Below the pieces are notes generated by a model that was not told the DNA's origin, did not search any database, and was given only the letters and a program-made list of their open reading frames with translations. The position numbers and the translations under genes are program-made. Positions 9,395 through 20,387 of a stretch of 64,000 nucleotides of DNA are shown in pieces (position 1 is the stretch's first letter; each line of letters starts with the position of its first letter). The stretch lies in sequence record NC_042081.1; one strand, given 5' to 3'.

Positions 9395-12300
9395 TTAAAT
9401 AACAGCACCTTTGGAAACTATCCAGTTAGTACCATCCCATAAGAGGGTGAGAACTGTTTTAGTATCACCTAGGTCATCTACTATTACTGGAGTACCATTG
9501 TTCCACTGTAGCACTGCACTAGACAGTGTTGGCATAGCTACCTTACCAAGCAATACAAGAACAGCTGTGATCATGCGATCAACAGGTCCATTCTCTAGTG
9601 TAATGGTTTGGTTAGCAGTAGTTTGAACCCTATAGCACTGCTGGTTAGCAGGTGTTAGAGTTAAAGCTGTACCAGTGAATGTACTTGATTTCAGACTATA
9701 TACATCGAATGATTTATCTAGCTTCTTCCAAGTAATATTAGTACCAGTACGGCTACGTACCCAATCACCATCAGCGGTTACATCATTATTCGGACCTTGG
9801 AATAGAGTCCATGATTTAGCCGCAGCGTTACGTAGGAATAGTTGTCCACTAGTAGCATCAGCTTGATCAACTATAATAGTTACAGGTGTCCATTTAGAAC
9901 CACTAGCTGTTTTCTCACGTACATAGTTAGTGCCATTAGCGCCTTCACTAGGTACTTCGCCAATAACTGCGGCTGGTACAGCTACCCATTCACCATTTTG
10001 CATACCCATTAGAGTATCATCGGTTTGCAGAGGTGCTACATCAACCCAGTTACCAGCTACACGACCTTGAGGCTTAGTAGCTTGTGCAGTATCGCGTACT
10101 ACATCTGAAGGAATTTCTGGGAATGTAATGGTAGCCCATTCAGTTTCACCCCCTGCAATACCTTTACGAACGTATTGTGCATTAACAACTGGACTAGGTA
10201 CAGCATCAATGGCAGGTGTTGGTAATTCAATAGCAGTCCATTCAACAGCCCCGTCAGCGGTTGCTTTACGGCGACCATAGAAGACACCTACTTCAGCATC
10301 TACCACCTCATCAACAGGTAGTTCAGTCCAACCGAGTTTGTACCGAACCATTTTCTTATCGACATCTTCTGGATCGACTTCACTAACTGGAACTGACATT
10401 AATTTGTAGAATACAACCCAGTTAGCATCTTTATACCAAACGGTACCAGTTTTGTCGATACACCAGTCACCACGATTACCATCGATAGAAGTGGGTGCAG
10501 TTTGACCTTCAGGTAGAATTACCCAAGAGGATCCACGTTCACCTTTCTGACCGGTTTTACCAGGGATACCTGGAACACCTTGTTTGCCCTCAGGACCTTC
10601 AGGACCCTGCGGACCCATGGCTAAGACACCTAGGCTTTCCCAAGTAAATGTACCTTCAGTATCGATACTTACAAATACTTCTACTTGTCCTTCAGTATTG
10701 GTGCGAATGGCAATACCTTTACCTACGTTATCAGCAGATGCTACTGGTTTACCAGCATCATCACCAACATAGATAATTAATAGACCACCACCTTGTTTAC
10801 CTTCAGGACCTTGTGGGCCTTCGACACCCTGGATACCCTGCTCACCATTTAGATTAATTGGGCCGATATAGCCATCAATTTCCTGACCTTGGTAAGTATA
10901 GAGCATTGTACCTTCGTTAGTTTCAACCCAGTATGAATCACCAGTTACTAAGTCAGGATCAGTGTCTTTCTTTGGTAGTTGTGAAGCATCGGTTAAAACA
11001 CCTTTAATGTTTAAACCTTCACCCGGTTTACCTTGCGGACCTGCCATAATACCAATGCTAGTCCAGCGACTACCGTCCATGTTAACAAATACTTCGCCCG
11101 TGGACTTAACAGTATATGCTTTCCATTGGTTATCGGCAAGTGCTTCTGGTGGGGTATCTTCAGGAGTGTCAATCGCTGCGATGATCTGGATAGGTTCACC
11201 AGCGGGACCTTGTGGGCCTTCTGGTCCCTCGGGTCCTTCTGGTCCCTGATCACCGTCTTTACCAGGTGCGCCATCTTCACCTTTAGGACCTCGATGTGTA
11301 CCACTATTTACCCAATTACCATCTATCTTAACAAATAAGGTAGATGTGTCTTGTGTGAAGTACGCTGCCTGATCAGGAGCATCTGCCGGCAGGGCTGCCT
11401 CATTGGCAACAGCACCAGTAATAACTACGTTCTTACCATGTAGACTGATTAACCATTCACCCTCAGTACCAGTGAAGCCATTGTCCAATGCTACTTGGAA
11501 AGCCGATTTACCTTGTGCCCCTGGTTCACCAGGTAGACCTTGTTCGCCATCTTCACCTTGCGGACCTTCAGGGCCCTGCGGGCCACGGAATGAACCCATG
11601 GCTGTCCATGAGATATCAACAGTCGGATCTTGGCCAGTCAGTACATAAACCGTATTGGTGGAACGTACTGAAACACCTTGGTATTGTTCTACACCAGTGG
11701 TGGTTAATAGATCATCAGCAGTTTCAACTGCTTTAACTACTTCTAAGTTACGACCTTGTGGACCAGGTTCACCTTGTTTACCATCGGGACCCGGATCACC
11801 TGTATTACCTGGTTTACCTTGTGGGCCCTCAGGGCCTTGGAAAGTACCTAGGTCTGACCATGCCCCTTTTACAAAGATGAATAGATGTTCTGGTTTACCA
11901 GCTTCCATAGTAACTAAGTATGCTTCTGATTCTTTAGCTACAGATGGATCAGGTAAATCAGCTGGTGATGGTAGTGAATCCTTAATGGTAAACGGCATTG
12001 CTGGTTCACCCTGAGGACCTTCAGGACCAATTTCACCATCTTTACCTTGCGGACCCTCAGGGCCCTCAGGTCCACGTTCACCCTGTGGTGTAACTGGGAA
12101 CCAATCATAGTCATCAATAGTTGGATTCTCTGGCGGATTATTACCTGAGATAAGCATCCACGCCCAGAGTTGATTATTCCATGAGTAAGCATCTCCAGGT
12201 TTATTACTTTCAGTCTTAGGTAATTCTAAGTTATTAGGCCAACGACCACGGATAACCAGACCAGTACCATCTGGACCACGAAGTGAACCTGTTTCAACCC

Positions 12301-12676
12301 AACGACCTTTTACAGGGGGATCTTCATTACCTAGCGGTGATTCCCATACCCATAGCCGATCTTCAACGAACCAAGCATCACCGACATTATGCGTATCTAA
12401 TGGTTTAATATCTTGTTCGAATGTTGCTAGATCAACATTAGCGATAATGTTAATAGCCGGACCAACTGGGCCAGGGGGACCTTGATCGCCATCTTTACCC
12501 GGCTGACCATCTTCACCCTTTAATCCAGGTATAGTAACAGGATCAACGAAAGTGGTATTAAGACCCACCCCGGTAGAAACCGGGATGTGTCCATTAACTA
12601 CAGAAGTGGGTTCATCAATTGATGATACCCGTTTGGGGAGTTCCCCGTTTACATAATCTTCAAATGCAGAAGCCAT
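9395..12676 (-). CDS. Collagen-like virion fibre protein (gp146-like)
   Basis: Many G-X-Y runs alternating with globular modules, YVR...W repeats, C-terminal beta domain; TAATG coupling to the upstream gene. Confidence 0.85.
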   Translation of the reverse strand: MASAFEDYVNGELPKRVSSIDEPTSVVNGHIPVSTGVGLNTTFVDPVTIPGLKGEDGQPGKDGDQGPPGPVGPAINIIANVDLATFEQDIKPLDTHNVGDAWFVEDRLWVWESPLGNEDPPVKGRWVETGSLRGPDGTGLVIRGRWPNNLELPKTESNKPGDAYSWNNQLWAWMLISGNNPPENPTIDDYDWFPVTPQGERGPEGPEGPQGKDGEIGPEGPQGEPAMPFTIKDSLPSPADLPDPSVAKESEAYLVTMEAGKPEHLFIFVKGAWSDLGTFQGPEGPQGKPGNTGDPGPDGKQGEPGPQGRNLEVVKAVETADDLLTTTGVEQYQGVSVRSTNTVYVLTGQDPTVDISWTAMGSFRGPQGPEGPQGEDGEQGLPGEPGAQGKSAFQVALDNGFTGTEGEWLISLHGKNVVITGAVANEAALPADAPDQAAYFTQDTSTLFVKIDGNWVNSGTHRGPKGEDGAPGKDGDQGPEGPEGPEGPQGPAGEPIQIIAAIDTPEDTPPEALADNQWKAYTVKSTGEVFVNMDGSRWTSIGIMAGPQGKPGEGLNIKGVLTDASQLPKKDTDPDLVTGDSYWVETNEGTMLYTYQGQEIDGYIGPINLNGEQGIQGVEGPQGPEGKQGGGLLIIYVGDDAGKPVASADNVGKGIAIRTNTEGQVEVFVSIDTEGTFTWESLGVLAMGPQGPEGPEGKQGVPGIPGKTGQKGERGSSWVILPEGQTAPTSIDGNRGDWCIDKTGTVWYKDANWVVFYKLMSVPVSEVDPEDVDKKMVRYKLGWTELPVDEVVDAEVGVFYGRRKATADGAVEWTAIELPTPAIDAVPSPVVNAQYVRKGIAGGETEWATITFPEIPSDVVRDTAQATKPQGRVAGNWVDVAPLQTDDTLMGMQNGEWVAVPAAVIGEVPSEGANGTNYVREKTASGSKWTPVTIIVDQADATSGQLFLRNAAAKSWTLFQGPNNDVTADGDWVRSRTGTNITWKKLDKSFDVYSLKSSTFTGTALTLTPANQQCYRVQTTANQTITLENGPVDRMITAVLVLLGKVAMPTLSSAVLQWNNGTPVIVDDLGDTKTVLTLLWDGTNWIVSKGAVI

Positions 12677-15045
12677 TATACTACTTCCTCAAGTTCGATT
12701 TTCATCAGTCCAGTGGTGTTGGATACAGCATTTGCTGAGTCACAGTTATACCACTTATTGCCATCCTTGATGGTGTAGGTGTCAACTTGATTTGCATCAT
12801 CCGCCTTATAAGTGAAGTTTAAGCTACCAGTAGAACCTTTAGATAGGTTACTGCAACGTAGTTTACCAGTATTGGTTACTTCAGTACCAATATCAGTTTC
12901 ACGGTTCGGCCAAGCAGCCACACTTAGAGTGCGGAATACAAATCCACCTAGTACATAAGTACCACCATTTACACTATTAGCTTCAACACCAGCTAAACCT
13001 TTTAGAACCACACTGTTAAAATCGTAGGTTCCTTTAGGATCATCGTCATGTACTAGTAATGCACGTGTCCATACCTTACCAGTGGCATCAGATTTCCAAT
13101 CCTCAGTAGCCCACTTACCGCCAGGCGCATTCATGGCCGGAGCTGCACTTAGTTTCTGAGTAGAGGTTAAAGTAATGACATGACTTTGTACTTGGGTTCC
13201 AAAGTTACCACCTGAACGAAGGCGAGCAGCAGGGTAGGTAACCGTCGCAGTAGGTACCGCATTTGCAATAGCTACAACAGCAGTAGCTGTAGCTACACTA
13301 CCATTAGCTGCACGTTTAGCAGTAATTAATAGGTTATTAGTGCTGTCGTTATAAGTACCTGACTTATAAGTAACTACCTTAGCAATTTCTGCTTCATTTG
13401 CACTGGTTATAGTAAGCTGATCATTTGGTGAGGAATAAACCACACTATCAGCATTAGATACCGTATTGGCTACAGTAGCAGTTTCACCTACTTTAATAGC
13501 ACTTTGACCAGACGGATAAGTTACTTGACCAATATTAACAACTGGGCGAAGATCGTTTAACTGCATAGTGTTAATTTTATCTTCGGAACCAGCATCACTG
13601 GAAGTAAACCATTCTGACCATGATCCAGTTGATTTCTGAACACGTACACGGAAACCATATGCCTTAGTAGTATTACCACGATCAGCTACGTAAAGACCAG
13701 TAACCTCTAGTTCTTTAGTAGGTGCAACAGTACCACTACTTTCTTTCAGTGCACCAAAGTCAGCAATTTCGTATGCTACTATATTTTCATCAGTAACAAC
13801 TTTAATTGCAACAAGGTCATCTTCTTTAAGTTCTGTTTGACCTAACGGATAACCGCCAGTAAATACAGCACTGGTAATATTAGCGGGAGTATCGGCTAAT
13901 ACCTTAGTAGTGAATTTAGCCCCATCGGCGTGTTCTACAACAATATCAGCATAACCTTCAGTAGTAGGTGCACCAAGATCAATATCGGCGGTAGCAATCC
14001 ACATAGGTGGATTAACGCCAGGAGTTACAACTGCATCTACGTTATTGATTTTAACACTAGGTACATAACTAGAATGTCCAGTTATTGCATCAACGATAAC
14101 CCGAACATTACTAGTAGTCGATAGGCATGACTGTACGCTGTGTCCATCAGGGGTACGCACAATACTACCTACGTTCTGACTGGGATCAGTTGCTTGTACA
14201 TCTTTGACGAATACACCGCCACTAATACCTTCGTTTTTAGGAAGGTTCTTAAGATCAACAATTGTTTCATCAACGCCTTCAACAATACGGATATTGCCGT
14301 CATTCTTGAATGCAATGTAATCAGTTAAACTACCAATCTGGAATTCACCATTGTCATAAATACGAATTTCAGACTCAGGTAATTCGGGTAATGCACCTTG
14401 CGTAGTGGGTGCAGAGGCGTTCTTTAGATAAGAATAACCTTCTGCCTCCATACGACCTTGTTCCATCATACGCTGAGGTACTTTATCACCAGCAGTTAAG
14501 TCGTCTTGATTTAGACGCTTATCAAACAGGAAAGCAAAGTTATGGAAAGCAGCGTTGGATGATAATCCACCATTCTTACCAGTTACACGCAGTACATCTT
14601 TAACTGTATAGCCTTGTTGATTTAAGAGTGTCTGGAGTAGTTCAGCAGTCATGGTTGCATGCAGTGATGTTAACCATTCCTGTTCAGTACCTTGGAAACC
14701 ATTTTCCACAGCTACTTCATATGCACTCTTACCAGCATCACCTTTAAGGGATGCTATAAACTCTTCTTCAGTACCAACGAAGCCTAGATCGACTGCGATT
14801 TGATAAGAAGATTTACCTTTAAGCGAATCAAGCCATTCGGTTTCAGTTCCCTGGAAACCATTTTTAACGGCAATCTCGTACGCACTAAGACCGGGTGCCC
14901 CAGTCTGTAGTTTTGACAGCAGAAACTTATAGTTATCGACTTGACCAGCTGCATCGGTATGAATTAATTCAATATACTCGCTATCGTTAAGAGTAGCTAG
15001 ATCCGGCAGTTGACTGATCTTGCCTTTGTCTGTAGCATTTGCCAT
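12676..15045 (-). CDS. Virion fibre protein (gp145-like)
   Basis: N-terminal KISQLP segment, three SAYE-x-AV-x-NGF-x-GTE-x-EWL-x-SL repeats, beta-rich Ig-like C-terminal two-thirds; AAGGA RBS. Confidence 0.8.
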   Translation of the reverse strand: MANATDKGKISQLPDLATLNDSEYIELIHTDAAGQVDNYKFLLSKLQTGAPGLSAYEIAVKNGFQGTETEWLDSLKGKSSYQIAVDLGFVGTEEEFIASLKGDAGKSAYEVAVENGFQGTEQEWLTSLHATMTAELLQTLLNQQGYTVKDVLRVTGKNGGLSSNAAFHNFAFLFDKRLNQDDLTAGDKVPQRMMEQGRMEAEGYSYLKNASAPTTQGALPELPESEIRIYDNGEFQIGSLTDYIAFKNDGNIRIVEGVDETIVDLKNLPKNEGISGGVFVKDVQATDPSQNVGSIVRTPDGHSVQSCLSTTSNVRVIVDAITGHSSYVPSVKINNVDAVVTPGVNPPMWIATADIDLGAPTTEGYADIVVEHADGAKFTTKVLADTPANITSAVFTGGYPLGQTELKEDDLVAIKVVTDENIVAYEIADFGALKESSGTVAPTKELEVTGLYVADRGNTTKAYGFRVRVQKSTGSWSEWFTSSDAGSEDKINTMQLNDLRPVVNIGQVTYPSGQSAIKVGETATVANTVSNADSVVYSSPNDQLTITSANEAEIAKVVTYKSGTYNDSTNNLLITAKRAANGSVATATAVVAIANAVPTATVTYPAARLRSGGNFGTQVQSHVITLTSTQKLSAAPAMNAPGGKWATEDWKSDATGKVWTRALLVHDDDPKGTYDFNSVVLKGLAGVEANSVNGGTYVLGGFVFRTLSVAAWPNRETDIGTEVTNTGKLRCSNLSKGSTGSLNFTYKADDANQVDTYTIKDGNKWYNCDSANAVSNTTGLMKIELEEVV

Positions 15046-15147
15046 TTTTATTTCCTTGCTGTATAAGAAACACTAACATGTTAGTCTTTCGAAGAAGACT
15101 CATACAGTAATGTACTATTGCTAATGAGTAATATTTTAACAACATAA

Positions 15148-15167
15148 GAGAGTCCCGAAGGACTCTC
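15148..15167 (-). terminator. Terminator after the endolysin
   Basis: gagagtcc-cgaa-ggactctc followed by TTATGTTG on minus. Confidence 0.75.
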
Positions 15168-15250
15168 AAAAAGTTACATTGACACAAGATGTGGTTTATC
15201 ATGAGGGGAAGTTTCACATGATACCATAGACTCCATTCTATTGCTACATC

Positions 15251-16072
<822 letters not shown>

Positions 16073-16094
16073 TTAGGTTCATTGAGGGTATTAC

Positions 16095-16628
16095 TTAACT
16101 TTCTAGATAACGGATTTGACCATTTTCTAGATAACGTGCTGCACCATTCTCTAATAGTCGGATAGTATCTGACGTATCATCAATACGTTGAATTAGTATA
16201 TTACAGTCACCATAGTAAGCATAACTACTCGACATAGCTACTATCGTGTATGGAACAACATCCGTAGTTGCATTGATTGGTGTTGTATCAAATGAAACAT
16301 CATCTGGTCCAAGCTTCCAACCTCGTGAACGGTTAATTTCTTCAGCAATTGCTTTAGGTGTTAAAGTACCAACTATCTTAAGAATAGATCCTTCACCAAT
16401 AGCACGTGGATCAGCAAAATCTAACCGACGGTAAGTTAACATGTACTTAATGTCAGTAGTAATGTCGATCATTTCAATAAATGTACGTCCAGGCTCAATC
16501 GTGGTTGGACTAAAAAACATATCTTCAAATGTAACTGTTTCTGGTTTGAAGTTTATTTTTAAATCATCCCGCGCAAGTTTTACTAGCGCGTTCCTCGATG
16601 CCATGTCATACGGAAAGATATCCTGCAT
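16095..16628 (-). CDS. Virion structural protein (gp143 position), gp126/gp127-like domain plus C-terminal RxLENG triple repeat
   Basis: TYRRLDF motif shared with gp127; C-terminus IRLLENGAARYLENGQIRYLES; GAGG RBS. Confidence 0.75.
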   Translation of the reverse strand: MQDIFPYDMASRNALVKLARDDLKINFKPETVTFEDMFFSPTTIEPGRTFIEMIDITTDIKYMLTYRRLDFADPRAIGEGSILKIVGTLTPKAIAEEINRSRGWKLGPDDVSFDTTPINATTDVVPYTIVAMSSSYAYYGDCNILIQRIDDTSDTIRLLENGAARYLENGQIRYLES

Positions 16629-16675
16629 GTCAAACCTCTATAGTGGTAAAATGTTTAATCCACATAGCATTATAA

Positions 16676-16700
16676 AGCCTTCCTCTTCAAGAGGAAGGCT
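16676..16700 (-). terminator. Hairpin terminator
   Basis: agccttcctc-ttcaa-gaggaaggct. Confidence 0.75.
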
Positions 16701-16710
16701 ATTATAGTTT

Positions 16711-17106
16711 TTATTGCATAAGCATCTTTATTAATTCAAAGGTACCTTGCACAATAGTCTTTAACACATTGGCACTTTCTTCTGACATAGGTGCACCAGA
16801 TAAAACTACCATAGTAGATACTGATGCCCCAATAAGAGTAACGCCACCAGCTAATACCAATACCGCATTACGGTAAGAATCTTTAGCCTTCACTTCAGCA
16901 ATTTCCCGGCTGAGAATTTTATATTGAAGATCTGAATCGGTAATAGCATAAATTAGACTAAGTACTTCCTCACCAGTTATACTTAGATTTATACGTTGTT
17001 CCTTTTCCAATACACTATTCAAATAGGTACGTATCTTCTTTCCATAGTCTTTAGAAGAAGATAAAGGATTACCATCGATCTCAATCAGAACGTCCTCTAG
17101 GGTCAT
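16711..17106 (-). CDS. Membrane protein with C-terminal TM helix, holin or antiholin candidate (gp142 position)
   Basis: ATG 17106 with GGAG RBS; hydrophobic AVLVLAGGVTLIGASVSTMVVL; lies between spanins and endolysin. Confidence 0.55.
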   Translation of the reverse strand: MTLEDVLIEIDGNPLSSSKDYGKKIRTYLNSVLEKEQRINLSITGEEVLSLIYAITDSDLQYKILSREIAEVKAKDSYRNAVLVLAGGVTLIGASVSTMVVLSGAPMSEESANVLKTIVQGTFELIKMLMQ

Positions 17107-17443
17107 GACTATTCTCCAAATTACGTTGACGTTCGTTCCATTCACGCAATTTGTCTACTTGGATATTACATAGTCCAAGTGCATCAGTTTGTAAAAGCCA
17201 ATGTTCGGTCATAAGTAAGAAACGTGCTTCATTCTCATCAGTAACCCCAACAGCTTTATATCTATCTAATGCATTGATGATCTCATTAGCTGTAGGTGGG
17301 GCTTCTACATCACAAGGGAGAAGCAAACTACTTGGGATTGCAACTGGTATTTTCACGGGAGGCGGCACAGTAGTGCTCGTACATCCGTTTAGCAATAGCG
17401 TTAATAGACTTATTAATGCTATCTTTTTTTGTGTCAGTTTCAT
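17081..17443 (-). CDS. o-spanin (Rz1-like lipoprotein), start embedded in the i-spanin gene
   Basis: MKLTQKKIALISLLTLLLNG-C lipobox, Pro-rich linker, LLLPC and C-terminal LGLCNIQVDKLREW. Confidence 0.8.
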   Translation of the reverse strand: MKLTQKKIALISLLTLLLNGCTSTTVPPPVKIPVAIPSSLLLPCDVEAPPTANEIINALDRYKAVGVTDENEARFLLMTEHWLLQTDALGLCNIQVDKLREWNERQRNLENSHDPRGRSD

Positions 17444-17834
17444 GTTTAATCTCAGTAGTGGTACTTTCCCCATTAGTTGTTTTAGCTTTAACCTCAGGCC
17501 ATACAAGGGGAGTATATCCACGACCTGATAAACTAATGTACTCATCAATCACCTCAGTGCGTGATTGCGCCTGCTCTTTCTGTATCTCTTTCTTTTTAGT
17601 AATTAGCTCAGCTTGAATTTTATCAGAGATACGGTCTGATTCAATCCTAACCTTTTCTGCCGCTTCATAAGATTTAATTTTTCCAATTAAATCTGTAGAG
17701 CGAACAAGTTCCGTCTCATAACTATTTTTGTAATATATGATACCAATTAAGGCACCTATCAGAATAAATAATAGTAACCATATATGCAATGGCACACTAC
17801 CAATTATTTTTCGTATACCTGCTAATAGGAACAT
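17328..17834 (-). CDS. i-spanin (Rz-like)
   Basis: N-terminal TM helix, coiled coil, C-terminal Cys residues; overlaps a lipoprotein gene in another frame; GAGG RBS. Confidence 0.8.
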   Translation of the reverse strand: MFLLAGIRKIIGSVPLHIWLLLFILIGALIGIIYYKNSYETELVRSTDLIGKIKSYEAAEKVRIESDRISDKIQAELITKKKEIQKEQAQSRTEVIDEYISLSGRGYTPLVWPEVKAKTTNGESTTTEIKHETDTKKDSINKSINAIAKRMYEHYCAASRENTSCNPK

Positions 17835-17849
17835 TGTTACCTCGAATTG

Positions 17850-18413
17850 TTAAACAATCCTAGTAAGGTAGTAGTAAGCTATCGCACAAGCATCCATAGA
17901 GTGGTCATCTAGACTATCTATGTCGATGTTCCATGTGATGTCAGTACGAGAACGCATTGCTTCTTTAACATCGTCTTTAGTAGTGCCCTTTACTTTTTTC
18001 ATACCCGCATTGATTTTAACTGTGGTAGGATCAATCATGTACAAGGGTATAAATCTATCATACTCGTATAATGCTCTATGTACATAGGTTACACATTCTA
18101 CAAGTACAGCGAAGCTTTGGGCAAACTTACCAAGATAGTTAGATTCTACAATCACTGCATGTGGCTTTTCTGTATGCAGTATATTTAGTACCACATCACT
18201 CATTTGCTGCATTCTAGTGAATCTACTACCATGAACCTCGGAAATGGCAGCATATGCCGGATTTGTATCTTTAAGGTGGCAAGTAAATGCATTACGTACC
18301 ACCTTATTACTTCCATCCAACTTATCTTCCAGAATAGCTATGCCGAGGTTTTGTGAACCAGGGTCTAATGCTAGTACCCGAAATGGCTCATCACTCGCTG
18401 GAAGCTTAAGCAT
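17850..18413 (-). CDS. ruvC: RuvC-like Holliday junction resolvase (gp140)
   Basis: VLALDPGSQNLG, VIVES, DDHSMDACAIA acidic catalytic motifs. Confidence 0.85.
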   Translation of the reverse strand: MLKLPASDEPFRVLALDPGSQNLGIAILEDKLDGSNKVVRNAFTCHLKDTNPAYAAISEVHGSRFTRMQQMSDVVLNILHTEKPHAVIVESNYLGKFAQSFAVLVECVTYVHRALYEYDRFIPLYMIDPTTVKINAGMKKVKGTTKDDVKEAMRSRTDITWNIDIDSLDDHSMDACAIAYYYLTRIV

Positions 18414-18415
18414 AT

Positions 18416-19342
<927 letters not shown>

Positions 19343-19378
19343 TTAGTACACTGTACTATTGAGTAAATTTGTAAGAGT

Positions 19379-19398
19379 TCCCCTCCACATGGAGGGGA
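19379..19398 (-). terminator. Terminator of the tail-tip operon
   Basis: tcccctcc-acat-ggagggga. Confidence 0.7.
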
Positions 19399-19407
19399 TT
19401 TATGCTG

Positions 19408-19896
19408 TTAAGCAAATTTTTCAGGAGCACCACGTACCATTACACAGATCCATGATTGTCCATTATGGGAGCGTTTTACTTCATGTAATTGGGATAGATG
19501 GAATACTAATCCTTCACCTTTTCCAATTAATAGTTCCTCACCATCTAAAATGAACTTAGCATCAGGTCCAATATTCCAAGCAAGAATAGTACCGGACTCG
19601 GGTTTATCTACCCAATAATTCATCTCATCTAGAAATCCATCTATTTTGGGGAAATCTAAAAACCATACTTGCAGTGCTTTGTTAAATAGTTCTTCGCCTA
19701 AAATTGGTTTAATTTCTTTACGCTGTTTAGCAGTCCAATTAAACCATTTTGAAGTATTATAAACACTACATGCTTTAAGGCCATTAGTGCCAACTCGCAT
19801 ACGGTGACCATATGAGTCTCTAAATGAAACTTCACCTTTAAGCTTTGTTAATGTTTTTAGTTCTGTCTTAGATAGAGTCTTAAGTTTAATTGCCAT
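19408..19896 (-). CDS. Double-stranded beta-helix protein, degenerate 2OG-Fe(II) oxygenase-like (gp138 position)
   Basis: GEGLVFHLSQLHEVK resembles the neighbour's GRATIFPIRSEPHEV; no HxD seen. Confidence 0.55.
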   Translation of the reverse strand: MAIKLKTLSKTELKTLTKLKGEVSFRDSYGHRMRVGTNGLKACSVYNTSKWFNWTAKQRKEIKPILGEELFNKALQVWFLDFPKIDGFLDEMNYWVDKPESGTILAWNIGPDAKFILDGEELLIGKGEGLVFHLSQLHEVKRSHNGQSWICVMVRGAPEKFA

Positions 19897-19904
19897 GTTG
19901 TACC

Positions 19905-20387
19905 CTACTCGTAGAGATATATAAGGACGTATCTTTTATTTTTAACTGGAGGGACTTCATGTGGCTCTGAACGGATTGGAAAAATAGTAGCCCTACCTGG
20001 TACATCCTGATAAAACTCACCATTGATCGTTATACCATCGCCATTGTCATTTAATGCAATAACCATGTTGTAACGATAAACAGCTTGGTCGATGTGTTCA
20101 GGCATACCTGTACCAATTTCATATCGGTTGATTAGAACTTCGCCTAACCAAGCACCTTCTACCTTAGGTGCAATATGAAATAGTAATTCCCGTAATTCCA
20201 TTGGCATTTGGTTATGACCTAAAAACCAATAATCACATTCAGTGATACCTTTGGTTGGGATACTATTAATTTTTTTCCGATTAAACCACCAGGAATCTCC
20301 TAGTGTATCCAGATAAGATACAAGGTCAGCTGCAAATTCAGCTGAAAACACGTCCTTGGTCGATCTTTCGTGGGCCGATAAGCTCAT
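19905..20387 (-). CDS. 2OG-Fe(II) dioxygenase (gp137 position)
   Basis: INRY...HID...PHEV...KRY gives HxD...H plus the 2OG-binding Arg; start at MSLS (AGGTG RBS) is tentative. Confidence 0.8.
   Translation of the reverse strand: MSLSAHERSTKDVFSAEFAADLVSYLDTLGDSWWFNRKKINSIPTKGITECDYWFLGHNQMPMELRELLFHIAPKVEGAWLGEVLINRYEIGTGMPEHIDQAVYRYNMVIALNDNGDGITINGEFYQDVPGRATIFPIRSEPHEVPPVKNKRYVLIYLYE

Noticed and set aside
9411-12192. Many short overlapping ORFs and near-periodic DNA repeats in gp146
   Set aside because: By-products of Gly-X-Y codons; no constant repeat with unique spacers, so neither CRISPR nor separate genes.
14987-15250. Open frame continuing in-frame after the endolysin stop
   Set aside because: The stop is TAA, the frame crosses a terminator hairpin, and the product has no motif; unlike the capsid case nothing supports readthrough.
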